64,000 nt of DNA from the NCBI RefSeq assembly GCF_036971445.1, contig NC_091478.1:10354001-10418000 (forward strand). The letters are read 5' to 3'. Positions within the stretch are counted from its first letter, which is position 1. Every line of letters begins with the position of its first letter. The DNA is from Narcine bancroftii (lineage: Eukaryota). Under the pieces are notes generated by a model that was not told where the DNA came from, made no database searches, and saw only the letters and a program-made list of their open reading frames with translations. Positions 25,417 through 36,075 of the stretch are shown one piece after another. Both the position numbers and the translations under genes were made by a program.

Positions 25417-27729
25417 TGTAGCAGCTCACCGGAGGCTTAATCGAACCAGCTTGGGAGGTTCCGAGTGATGTCATGATGTCACACTGTGATGGCATCGTTT
25501 GGAACACACAGGATTTAAAAAAGCTGCATGTGACTGTTTGAAAAAATGACTTTTACTTTTCTGTTCTTCATTTTGCACTACAATACAGTTGCTACTTTGG
25601 TGACCCTGACAGTCCAGATTTTGGACCCAACATAAAGAACACAGTGGTTTTGCTCAAGCTGCTTGCCTTTTGGACCACTCAACCAGACGTTTGGTTCGGG
25701 CAGGCTGAGGCACAGTTCCACATTCGCAAGATAGAAGTGGACGCTACTAAGTACTAAAATGTGGTAAGCGTCCTCGACTGGACACGGCCAGTCGAGTAGT
25801 GGGTTTCCTTTGGGACCCAGCGGCTCTCGGCAAGTTCAAAGCCCTAAAATCCCTCCTTCTCCGGTTTTATGGTCTCTCCCGACGCAAGTGAGCTGCACTG
25901 CTCCTCCGTATTGATGGCCTAGGGGACCGTACCCCTTCGGAGTTATAATGAATGACACGTTGTTTTAAGAGCATTCGCCAGAAGACATCCACCTCATGTT
26001 GGCTGACTAAGACTTTCATAACCCTCAAACAGTGGCTGCCCATGTAGATTCTGTGGTGCGCAAAACAACAAGACACAAGGCCCACAGAATTAGTGCTGCA
26101 TCACACCCAAAGGCCCAGGCTCCACGAGTACCAGCGACAAGGTCAAATGTTCCCTCAGACAAGCATGACGATGGCTACGGCGGCTCGCCACCGTAATAGC
26201 CTACTCCACGTCTGGGACAAACTCTCCCAGCGATAATTTCTAGACGACATGGGTGCCAAAGTTAGTGTCCTTCCTCCTTTGGGCTTTGACGTCCATACCA
26301 GGAGCACGGGTTCAGTACTCACTGCAGTGAATAACAGTCTAATTCATATATACGGCACTCAGACAATACCCTTGAAATTCAGCAACAAAAAGTTCACATG
26401 GATATTCATTCTTGCTGCTGTGTCCCAGCCGTTGCTCGATGCTGATTTCCTCAGAGCCCACTCACTGATGGAGTACGAGAACAAAGAAATTGCCAAACTT
26501 CTTGGTGTTTCTGGACAATTTCACTCCCAGGTTCTCTACTGCCTCACCCAAACATGGTGTCGCACATCCAAAAATGGCATTGCACACCACATCCTCACCC
26601 AAGGATCCCCTCTACATGCCCGAGCCCAACAAGTTGCAGCTTGCAAAACAAGAGTTCCACAAAATGGAGCAACTTGGTATCATACTCAGGTCTGATATCC
26701 TGTGGGACTCATGGTCCCCAAAGCCATGGGAGGATGGAGACCTTACGGGAATTACAGGCGTCTCAACGAGACCACCACTGCAGACTGCTACCCTGTGACC
26801 CATATACAGGACTTTGCAGCTAATCTTCATGGGGTTAGGATATTCTCTAAAATTGACTTGGAATGTGGATTCCACCAAACCTGTAAACCCAGAGGATTTG
26901 CCCAAGACCTCTATCATAACACCATTCGGCCTCTACAAATTTTTGAGAATGCCTTATGGGCTCAAAAATGCTGTAAACATTCCAGCGACTAATGGACACA
27001 ACAGGGCATGGCATGGACTTCCTTTTTGTATACATGGATGACATACTCGTCGCCAACCCCTCCCACAAAGAGTACCTGCAGCATCTGCGTTTACTCTGCT
27101 CCCGCCTATAGGAGTTCAGGCTAACTGAATCCTGCCGTACAAATTCGGACAGTCCTCTATAGAGTTCTTGGGACATCAGATCAGCATTCAGGGTGTCGTT
27201 CCATTGCCTAGCAAGGTGGAGGCTATCCTCAAATTCGCGAGGTCCGATACCATCAAAGGAGTCCAGGAATATGAGAGTATGGTCAATTTCTATCGTCGCT
27301 CTCTACCCTCTGCAGCTCATATTATGAAACCCCTCTTTAACCTCATGTCCAACAATGCCGAAGAACTCGAGTGGACAAAGGAGACATTTACGATTGACCG
27401 ACTAAAGCCCACTCATCTCGACCCTGATCAGCCCTTGCTCCAACCCCCAATGCGAAGGAGCAGATGACTGACAAGAGTGGTAGACAGTAATGGTGCCAGA
27501 GGTTTAGCCTCCTATCGCTGGTTCTTGGGGGACATGTAGCAGTTCACCAGAGGCTTAATCGAACTGACTCGGGAGTTTTGAGTGACTTCATGACATCACA
27601 AGGCGATGACACCATTTGGAACACACAGGGTTTTAAAAAGCTGTGTGTGACGGTTTGAAAAAACTTTTACTAAACTTCGACTCTATTCATTTTCTTGTTT
27701 TTCATTTCACACTGTTGCATAGTGCATCA
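25417..27729 (+). mobile_element. Ty3/Gypsy LTR retrotransposon, internally deleted
   Basis: LTRs at 25417-25596 and 27535-27729, both starting TGTAGC. PBS TGGTGACCCTGAC, G-rich PPT, CCAG target duplication. Gag FWTTQPDVWFGQAEAQF, protease-like LDDMGAKVSVLP, RT motifs WRPYGNYRRLN, FSKIDL, ITPFGLYKFLRMPYGLKNA and YMDDILV, integrase tail IDRLKP. Confidence 0.92.
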
Positions 27730-28062
27730 CCAGAAAAATTTCAAACCAAGTTCCACTACCTCACTAGGCACTTCCTTCAAAAATCGAAGCACACAAGGTA
27801 TTGCATCCAATAATTTGACCCCATGGGATTCTTTGATGTCCTTTATCCCTTGTGGTAAGGATTTTAACAAAGTAGTCCATCTGCTTTCTGAAGAATGTTT
27901 GCAGTGACCTCTAGAATGAAGGCAGATGGGCACGAAAAAAAGGTAACACATCTGTCACGTCCTCCTTTTCAAGACCCCCGATTGTCTCGGAAGAAGTTTC
28001 CAGTCATTGGTGCAAGAAAAATAAACACCAGTAGCAGAGAAAGAACGCTAATGGACTTTGTA

Positions 28063-28693
28063 CAGTAAAACCCCTAGTATCTAGGAATCAAGCAACCAGC
28101 AAAAAAAAAAAGAAAAAGAATTTTTAAAACTTAAATAAATATTAAATAGGTAAAAATACAGAAATTTAAAACTGTAAAAGTAAATGTTCTCTGAAGATGG
28201 AGTTTGGTAAAGATAGGACCAAATATTCAACCAGCAGAGCTTCTTGCTTGTGCTTTGGTCATAGCAGCTGTTTGAATACAGCTGTGTGAAACAGCAATGG
28301 CCTCATCCAGGATGAAGAGCTGGTTGATCCCACTCACCATTGGGGTGACTATTTTAAAGTGTTTCCTTATCCCTGCTTAGTAAGAGTCACCCTGGTCAGA
28401 GGCTTTATCTGTAAATATGGGGGAAGGCTCCAAGGAGGAAGAGGAACCTTCAGAAGCAGCGACGGTTAAATGTTTTCAAAGAATCTGACTGAAAACAAAT
28501 ACAATGCTTTAAGGTTTATACATTCATGCAAGTAAAATATGTTCAGTGTAAATATTGTATTTTTGTCTTTTAAACTGTTTATACTTAATGCATGTATTAG
28601 TTAGGCATTGTAAGAGCCATTCTTAGACAACCAGATAATACTTATCCAGCATCTTCCAATCCCCATAGGTGCCAGATACCAGGGGTTTTACTG
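28063..28693. mobile_element. Tc1/mariner (pogo/Tigger-like) non-autonomous DNA transposon
   Basis: TIR CAGTAAAACCCCT(A/G)GTATCT at both ends, flanked by TA (28061-62, 28694-95). Confidence 0.85.
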
Positions 28694-28779
28694 TATTATG
28701 TATTTACTTTTGAGGGAAAGAACAAGTTGTTGCACTTGGTTGGTTAAACCAGGTCATGACTTACATAGGGCCCAAGAGT

Positions 28780-29300
28780 GTTGTAAATGTAAAAAGAGAT
28801 ACAGGTGCATAATTCCATGAAAGAAGCAACACAGGTAGACAGTGATGAAGGCAGCTTTTGACACCATTGTCTTCATTAGTCAGGACACTGAGTATAGGAG
28901 CAGTTACATGTCACAACTGTACAGGATATTGGTAAGACCACAAAGCATATTGTGTGCAGTTTTACTCACCCAATTAAATTGTTAAATTGGAAAAGATACA
29001 GACATGATTATAAGAACACTGCCAGGACTGTTAGGTTTCAATTATAAGGAGAGGCTATGTTTCTCCTTGGAGAATTGGCAAAGAGGGACCTTATGGAGGT
29101 TTATAAAATCATGAAGTGCATAGATAGGTATACATTTATAACATTAGCCCCCAGAGTAGGAAAACTTAAAACTGGAAGCCACACTTTTAAGGTTCACCAC
29201 ATAGGTGGTGGGTACATGGAACAAACTGCCAGTCTGGGGACAATTATAACATTCAACAGGCATTAAGTCAGATACCCAGATGGGAATAATTTACAGCAGT
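28780..29300 (+). mobile_element. CR1 ORF2 3' fragment
   Basis: Remnants of LYRILVRP, YKERL and DLMEVYKIMK. Confidence 0.7.
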
Positions 29301-29619
29301 GGATTTCAAACTGCCCCCTAGACTCACATTCTACCTTAAGCAATCCCCATAGCTGCTTTCAGGTGGCCAGAATACCCGACTGTAAAGCCGCCTATTCTCC
29401 CCCAATGCGGCTATCGGCTGGCCACCTGAAAGTGGAGAACCAGGCCAGGTTCTCCCGTAGGGGGGGGGGGGGGTTCTCTGGCTCGGAGAATCCCCCGTTG
29501 GACCTGAAAGCAGCAGTGGGGCCACAACCCACAGGAACCGCGGGTCTCCTTCAGGTGACAACAGAAAGGCATGTTCTCCGCAGCCGCGTCGGCCGGCGCC
29601 TCATCAGCGTCCAAGCAGC

Positions 29620-29825
29620 TTATGCCACGAGTGCTCTGATTGGCAAGGGATTGCTTAAGGTGGTAAGGGAAGGTCGAGGACCCCATTGTCACTGAAATAT
29701 TTTTGCTTGACGAAATATCATTGGCCCGTTTCCTTTGGAGTTCTGAAACCGTGCACATGACGAGTCAAACGAGGGTCGAATAAAACAGGGGTTTTCAAAC
29801 TTTTTCTTTCCCTTACTAATCAGAG
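29620..29825 (+). mobile_element. Partial copy of the composite hAT MITE
   Basis: Colinear similarity to 59185-59410 (MITE arm, ~100 bp spacer, second MITE arm). Confidence 0.65.
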
Positions 29826-29999
29826 TAATAATTAATGGGGGGGGGCGACGACACTGATTTAGAGGGAGATGGCCCGAATGGTCTGCATGGGCAAGTTGGT
29901 CCGAAGGGCCTTGTGTGAAAGCCCATAAAGGGGGAACCCCCAGAAAGAAATGGCTTGAAACAGCCGCGTGATTAAAGACCACGCTGAGCCCACAAAGGG

Positions 30000-30450
30000 A
30001 ATAATCCAGCGGCCCCTGATCAGTGAAGAGAGGCCCCGGCATCAAGCTCGGGTCTGATCGGCGTTCGTGGGCCGACCGAACCCTGAACGGCGCCGGCGCC
30101 TCCGGTCACGGGGTCTGCTCCGGGCCGCAGCGACGCGGCCTACACCGACCTCAAGCCCCCCTCCCCCCCCGCTGCGGCCCCGACGCCACGGAGACCTTCC
30201 GATGCCTTGGCCTCCCCCTCCCCAACCCTCCGCCCATGACCTTACCTTCGCTGCTTCTTTCTCCTCAACCTCCCCTCTCAAAAACGCGACGCCACGGTGC
30301 CGAACCAGAAGCCTGGCAGCGCGCTCGCAATGCTGCCCCCTGATTGGCCCGTTTGAAACGGGACGCTCGTACGTCACTTGGCACCAGGGTATGACGTAAG
30401 TCCCTCTACCCGCTGTTCACGTGACGGGAGCCTTGTCAGGGTTTCGGCTG
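30000..30450. promoter_or_regulatory. CpG island / BUB3 promoter
   Basis: GC- and CpG-rich island. CCAAT box (ATTGG 30343-30347), CHR TTTGAA (30352-30357), CRE-like TGACGT sites (30371-30376, 30392-30397), E-box CACGTGAC (30418-30425). Confidence 0.75.
30246..30320 (-). other. BUB3: Putative non-coding exon 1 of BUB3 (5' end approximate)
   Basis: Strong AAG|GTAAG donor at 30246/30245 inside a CpG island, just downstream of promoter motifs. Exon 2 starts at the ATG, so an upstream UTR exon is required. Implies a ~13.7 kb intron 1. Confidence 0.7.
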
Positions 30451-32704
30451 CAGGATGTCAACTTGAGCAGGAGAAATTGCAAAGGGTAGATTTAATTTTA
30501 GACTTTTTATCTGTCCAGTGCAATACTGCACAGGAGAAAGCCGTTAGGTCAGTTAGAGTTTTCCGTTCAACTTTATATTTTGCAGCTTTGGTGGTTAATA
30601 TTTGTGGAGCTTTAAGACTGATGGAAAGCTGCTACATTTCGAGTTCGCCTCCGGAGGAAGTTTTAATGAAATTGAAACAGGGAAACAAGGATGGTGTCAA
30701 CAGTATTAAAATTAACATTTAATGCATTATAAATGGAGATTTTGGTGTTATCTGGTATAATCAGGGCCTCTGTGCATTTTAACCACGTTACGTTATTCAC
30801 AACGCAGTTCATAAAGACGTGTTGGAAGGCAATGCTCATTATTTGAATCGGACCAAAACCTGCACCTTTCGTTTTAAGTTACGCATTTTTGGGGTATCAG
30901 TAATAAATGGATGATGTATTTGTGTGATACTCTCTCAATTCTGCCAATAAAAGGCGCTCTCCTTACACCACATTTTTTTTCTTGCTCTCCACATGCAGTG
31001 AAATATTATTTGCAAATAGAACGTTTCAAGATGATATCAATACCGGTTGCGATATTTTTATTTAAATGGAGGTTATGTTCCTTATTTCAAAAACTTACCA
31101 TTTTGCATATTCAGTTCCACTCCGATCTGAGGATATTTTTTGATTATTTTGGGAATAGTAACGAGTAATAGTCGTTACTTCTGTCATTCTGTGACGTATA
31201 GACACGTTACAGCTCAGGATGGGACTGTTCAGCCCATTGAGTCTGTGTCAGCTTCCAGTCAAACCATCTCACGAGTTTTACTCCCCACTCCTACGTTACT
31301 TTTTAATTTTGATTTTAGTGTATTCGATTTTTAATAAATGTTACATTTAAGCAATAAATTAAATATATAATGGTGTGTTGCAGCATTTAACTTGATTCTG
31401 AAATATTTGATTTATTACTGGTTTCGGAGATCATAGCAAAATTTGAAATTATGATCGAATAATCTAACAGGAGACAATAGTTAATTAAATGAACATTTGG
31501 TGCGCAATTACGCAGCATATAGGTGGGAGTTCACACTAACTTCTTGGCAAAGATCAAAACATGCTTAAGGCATTTCATAATATGGTAAACATTCAGCAGT
31601 ACTTCCTTCCAACTGTTAATTAAACAATATTACATTTCATTTAGACGATAAATGTTGTACCAGTTTGATTTATGCTAGTGAAATATATTTCCATCGCATA
31701 AGCAGGTACAACGTCCAGTAACCAGTCATTTTTAAATGATCGCACCTCATGATTTCACTGGCAGTTGATGGCATTGAGATAGTTCATTTAGAATTTTTAA
31801 GTGAACTGTACCTAAATAAAATGGTTATGTGTGAATTCTAGCTTGTCATATAAGCGTAAAATATACGAAAATATTTTCAAAGTTACTCTGGCAGTATCCA
31901 TGATTGCTTGCAGGATCAAGAAATTGTATACGTACTGTTAATAAACTGTTATAAAACATATCTCGAAGTTATTTTCAAGAGAGCTGCTACATTATATTAT
32001 TTATAGCCTATCTGGGACAATTGATTCCAGTCCATATGGTTACTTCAACAATGCAGACATTGGTTTTGTTCTATTAATTAAAATTGTCATTTAGTTAACG
32101 TAAATAATGAAATGGATTTGAACATGTTTGCAGCCGGATTAAGTAGCGTCAATTTTTGATTTTATAGATTGAATTACCGTTTTCTAACCGTTTAATTATA
32201 CCGTAAATTAATCTTTGCCCAAAATTGTTACTTCGAAAGTGTGCCAGAATTTATTTATCTTTAAAAAAGGTACCAGACTTAAAACCTTTTAAAAATGTTT
32301 TGAATGTCTTTAATTGCGTTACTGACTTTTCTCTCAATGTTGTTGGTTTGTGGTTAATTGCTTGAGATCTCGAGTCAAGTGATGAGATTCTGAACTGTTA
32401 GCTATAAAAATCCTTGGTACAAAACGCCACGGTTAGGTGATAACATTCAGATAATGTTGTCTTAAGCAGCCTTTCACCCAATGCTCTACTTCAACTTTAA
32501 ATTTCATGTTTTCAATTTATTAATGTTCCCTTGGAACAAAATATCCTTAAGTAGAATTATACGTGCCACACACACCTGCCTGTATTTCCTGATGCAAAAC
32601 TATAACAACCGTTATTCAATAAATGTTGGTTTCTTTCCTGCGAATAAAATAGCACTGAAGTTTTGAAAGCCAACCACGCACAGCGTCAGCCTGCACTTTA
32701 TTCG

Positions 32705-32830
32705 TTCTCTGCCCTGATGCAGGGTCTCCACAAGAAAAGTAAACTGTCTCTTTCCCTCCACAGACGCTGTCTGTCCTGTTGATTCCTCCATCAGATTTTG
32801 TTGCACCAGATCGCAGCATCTGTTTTCTGT
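32705..32830 (+). mobile_element. Short Penelope-derived (hammerhead-tail) repeat
   Basis: ccctgatgcagggtctccacaagaaaag...gctgtctgtcctgttgattcctcca...cagcatctg. Confidence 0.55.
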
Positions 32831-33240
32831 TAACTCCCTCATCATAAAAATAATTGGTGCTCTGGCTAAAATACGAAATTCAAGCAATGCGTTCACGCCA
32901 GATGAATATATTGTCGTTCCCTGCTGTATTAAGAAATATTTGGAGGGTGACTATAGTGCGTCATCGTCTTTTTGTTTTTCTATCCAGAAATAACTATTTT
33001 GGAATGCCCATTTTAATGTAATGAACTGTATTTTCATTTATAAGGAAATCATCAAATAAGAAACTGCAACTTTATCCATATATACACTGTATATTTAATA
33101 CATTTTATAGAGAAGCACATTGTCTTTGTAATTATGCAAGTGGTTGCATATAAGAAAGATATATTTTAAACAGGTACGGATAATATATAAATATACAATT
33201 TAACTGTTAAACAATTATAAAGAGACCTGGAGGGAAAATG

Positions 33241-33776
33241 TCAGTATTCAATTTTGTTGTAGAGATTGTAGAAGGGGAGAGTTGTAACGTTGCTGCCTGG
33301 ATAGTACAAAGGAGCTGGGAATGCAATTGATCTGGGAACTGGAACCCTCAAAAGGGAGTTGTCTCTGAAAACTAGAGGCATTCCTACAAGAGTCTGCGCT
33401 GATGCGTGGGCCATATTAGCTGCCTCAAGTTCTGCTGAGAGCTGCCTCTTCCACTTGTTCCTGCGGTTCTGAAACCAGGTTTTGACCTGGGTCTCTGTGA
33501 GTTGGAGGCTAGTGGCGAGGCAGGCTCTTTCCGAGCTGCTCAGGTAACGTTTCATGTCGAACGTAGATTCTAGTTGGTAGACTTGGCTCCGGGAGAACAC
33601 CGTACGTGTCTTCTTTTTGGCCGGATTCCCTTGTCTGTCCGTCTCCCTCTGTCTGTCTGATGTCTGCATGCAATTTTTCTCTTTTTCTTCCTTGTAAATC
33701 TGACCATCTTGCGACAGGTACTGCTGCCTTCTCTCCGTGTTTTCCTGCCCAGCGGTGCCAACTCCTTTAGTATTAT
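33241..33776 (-). CDS. HMX2: HMX2 (Nkx5-2) exon 2, homeodomain
   Basis: AG at 33778-33777, phase 1. Homeodomain [59 protein letters not shown], then SAELEAAN and the HMX2-type C-terminus [10 protein letters not shown]. Confidence 0.97.
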
Positions 33777-34780
33777 CTAAAATGTAGAAAAATGAGACTT
33801 TTCAGATATTATTTCACTGGTGTTGGACTACTCACATTTTCACTATATTTATGTTAAAATTAGACTCTTGCTGTTCATACGCCAAGAATAATGGGACAAC
33901 ACAGTACGTTGATTTAGTTTTTTTTTTCGTTTGAATGCAAGGACGCCTGACCTACACTTTGCTCAAAACACGATAAAAGTGCAATTAAATATAATTTTAA
34001 AATATTATGGGGTGTCATAGGTGGACGGAGTTTGAAATATTGGGCGGCAAAAAAACAGTTTCCACTCTGAATTATCGCCTATAGGCCAACATAGTGTAAT
34101 TTGTTTCTACATTAATATACAACCTTTAATATCTCACCTGTAGACGCAACGTGCGCTGTCATAATTTTGCTAGTAGTTGATTCCTTTGTTCATACTTGGC
34201 GAACACCTTTCCTCATTTGTGTAGTAATTTACAAAATAACTACTAGTCTTGTAAGTACATTATAGCCTGAAATCAACGCAGCGTGAACGGTGTCAAGGCT
34301 GCTGTCCTTGTCTGGTACCTGGGCTTCCGTCATAACGTATCTACTGCAGTCAAATCTTTGCATTCTTTCTCCCAAACTGTCATATGAATTTATGAAATAC
34401 CAAATTGCAGGCTTCAAAAATCAATCATGTGAATGCTTCCTATCCGCAGCAAAATCTGCGGTTATTGCTTTTTATATGCATTTAATATACCTCCACTGAC
34501 TACATTAATCCAACGTGTCAGCGTGTACGAATGATCCACCAAATTTTTTCATTGTTTGGTTTTTGATATAATAAGTCAATAAAATATTGGTCTAATTCGT
34601 GGGCGTTATCGTGCAAGAGACGTTTATGAATGGACTACGGCACTATTTTAAACGTTTCAATTTAAATACTATATTAGAGGTGAACAATATTTTTCAAATA
34701 AAATTACTCTCTAAAACTACATATAAAAATATCAGAGGTGACGAGTGCTCGATACGCTTAAAATATTTTGTTTTACTTAC

Positions 34781-35045
34781 TCACACACGTGTAGCTGTTG
34801 GTCTGATGCGTGCGACAAGGTTCTCCGGGGCCAGAGTCCGAACAGAAGCAGTCGAGATCTTTGTATCCTTCCTCGGTTAACTCTTCCTCCGAAGAATCCG
34901 ACAAACACCGCTTCCTCGCATTTACTTTTGCATTGTCTTTGCAACCTGTGCGTTCTTCCTTCGACGAGGTCCCAAGTATGGACTGTATGGTAAAGCTGGA
35001 GATCGGGGCTGGGGGACACTTTGTAATGTCGTCTTTGTTGCTCAT
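34781..35045 (-). CDS. HMX2: HMX2 exon 1
   Basis: MSNKDDITKCPPAPISSFTIQSILG (eh1/TN motif). A|GTAAGT donor at 34781/34780 gives phase 1, matching exon 2. Total CDS 801 nt, 266 aa. Confidence 0.94.
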
Positions 35046-35214
35046 TCTGGGTTCATAAAAAAAACCACCAACTTAATTGCCTGACTGGCGCTTGAAGAAG
35101 TGTGAGTGAACGTATATTCTTCTGGCTTTGTTCTGCGGTCGTTTTCCCTGAGCATGCACGGACTGAATGCATTCTCTGTGTCCCGTAAACCTGTATTGAT
35201 CTCCTGCCCAGCCC

Positions 35215-35270
35215 CTGGCGTTGGCTGATTTGCATGTAGGTTTGAGTTGCAGCCAATCAAAAACAGCAGT
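35215..35270. promoter_or_regulatory. HMX2 proximal promoter motifs
   Basis: Octamer ATTTGCAT (35228-35235) and CCAAT (35253-35257), about 190-210 bp upstream of the ATG. Confidence 0.45.
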
Positions 35271-35949
35271 CAGTGCGGAAATTTTGAACTTTACACAAGC
35301 GAAGGGATGATTAGGTTAAAGTAAGTACCTGATTGATTGTTGTTGTTTGTAACATTATAAACATATTCTTACTTTAGAAGAAAATGATGCCGTACAGTGA
35401 GACAATAGTTACGGCCCAATAAGCGCACGTGGTGACATTCATGGGTTTGGTGGTTTTATGTTTTAATGAACGATAAGGCTGCAGTATAGGTCACTTGACT
35501 CTGTGAGTGTCTTCTGAAGCACTAAGTAGTTGGTGCTCAGTGGAAATCAGCAAACGGGGCCATTAATAACGACAGCATTGTAAAGGGAGTTCGATTAAGT
35601 TGATAAGGTGGGATAGTCACAGGTCAGAACATTTGGAAAATCTTTATGCCAAAATTTAAAAGAAACTAATCGAAAAGGAATCTATATTTCAAATATCCTT
35701 CCGATTGTATTTTTGATCATGTGAAAATTGGGAGAATTTTTCATTCCAGTCTGACAGATCTCTCTCGGTCTGAGGCGTTCCTTCTGTTTTTACAGTGTCA
35801 ATGCGAACATTCGTGGCTCTGGCTGTGAATGGAGCAGTCGTGTAATCGGCAAATGTTACGTTTCAATAATGGAATTGATTCATAGAATGGTTATTTCTGG
35901 GGGGGGGGGTGGATGGGAATGCAAATTCTATGGGGGTGGGAAAGGATAA

Positions 35950-36075
35950 GCCACGTTTCGGGCCTGAGCCCTTCAGTGCCTCTTGCTTCCCCTGTAGATG
36001 CTTCGTGACCTGCTGAGTTTCTCCAGCCCCTTTGTGTATTGCCCGAAAATCACAGCGTCTGCAAAGTTTCTCCTT
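35950..36075. mobile_element. Short Penelope-derived repeat with an internal inversion
   Basis: Minus-strand tgaagggctcaggcccgaaacgt fused to the plus-strand tail gacctgctgagtttctccagc. Confidence 0.6.

Noticed and set aside
30023-30722. Several 100+ aa Pro/Arg/Gly-rich ORFs on both strands
   Set aside because: Expected stop-codon scarcity in a CpG island; no recognisable domain.
34782-34784. Alternative GTGAGT donor for HMX2 exon 1
   Set aside because: It would be phase 0 and break frame with the 33776 acceptor. The GTAAGT donor at 34780 fits.
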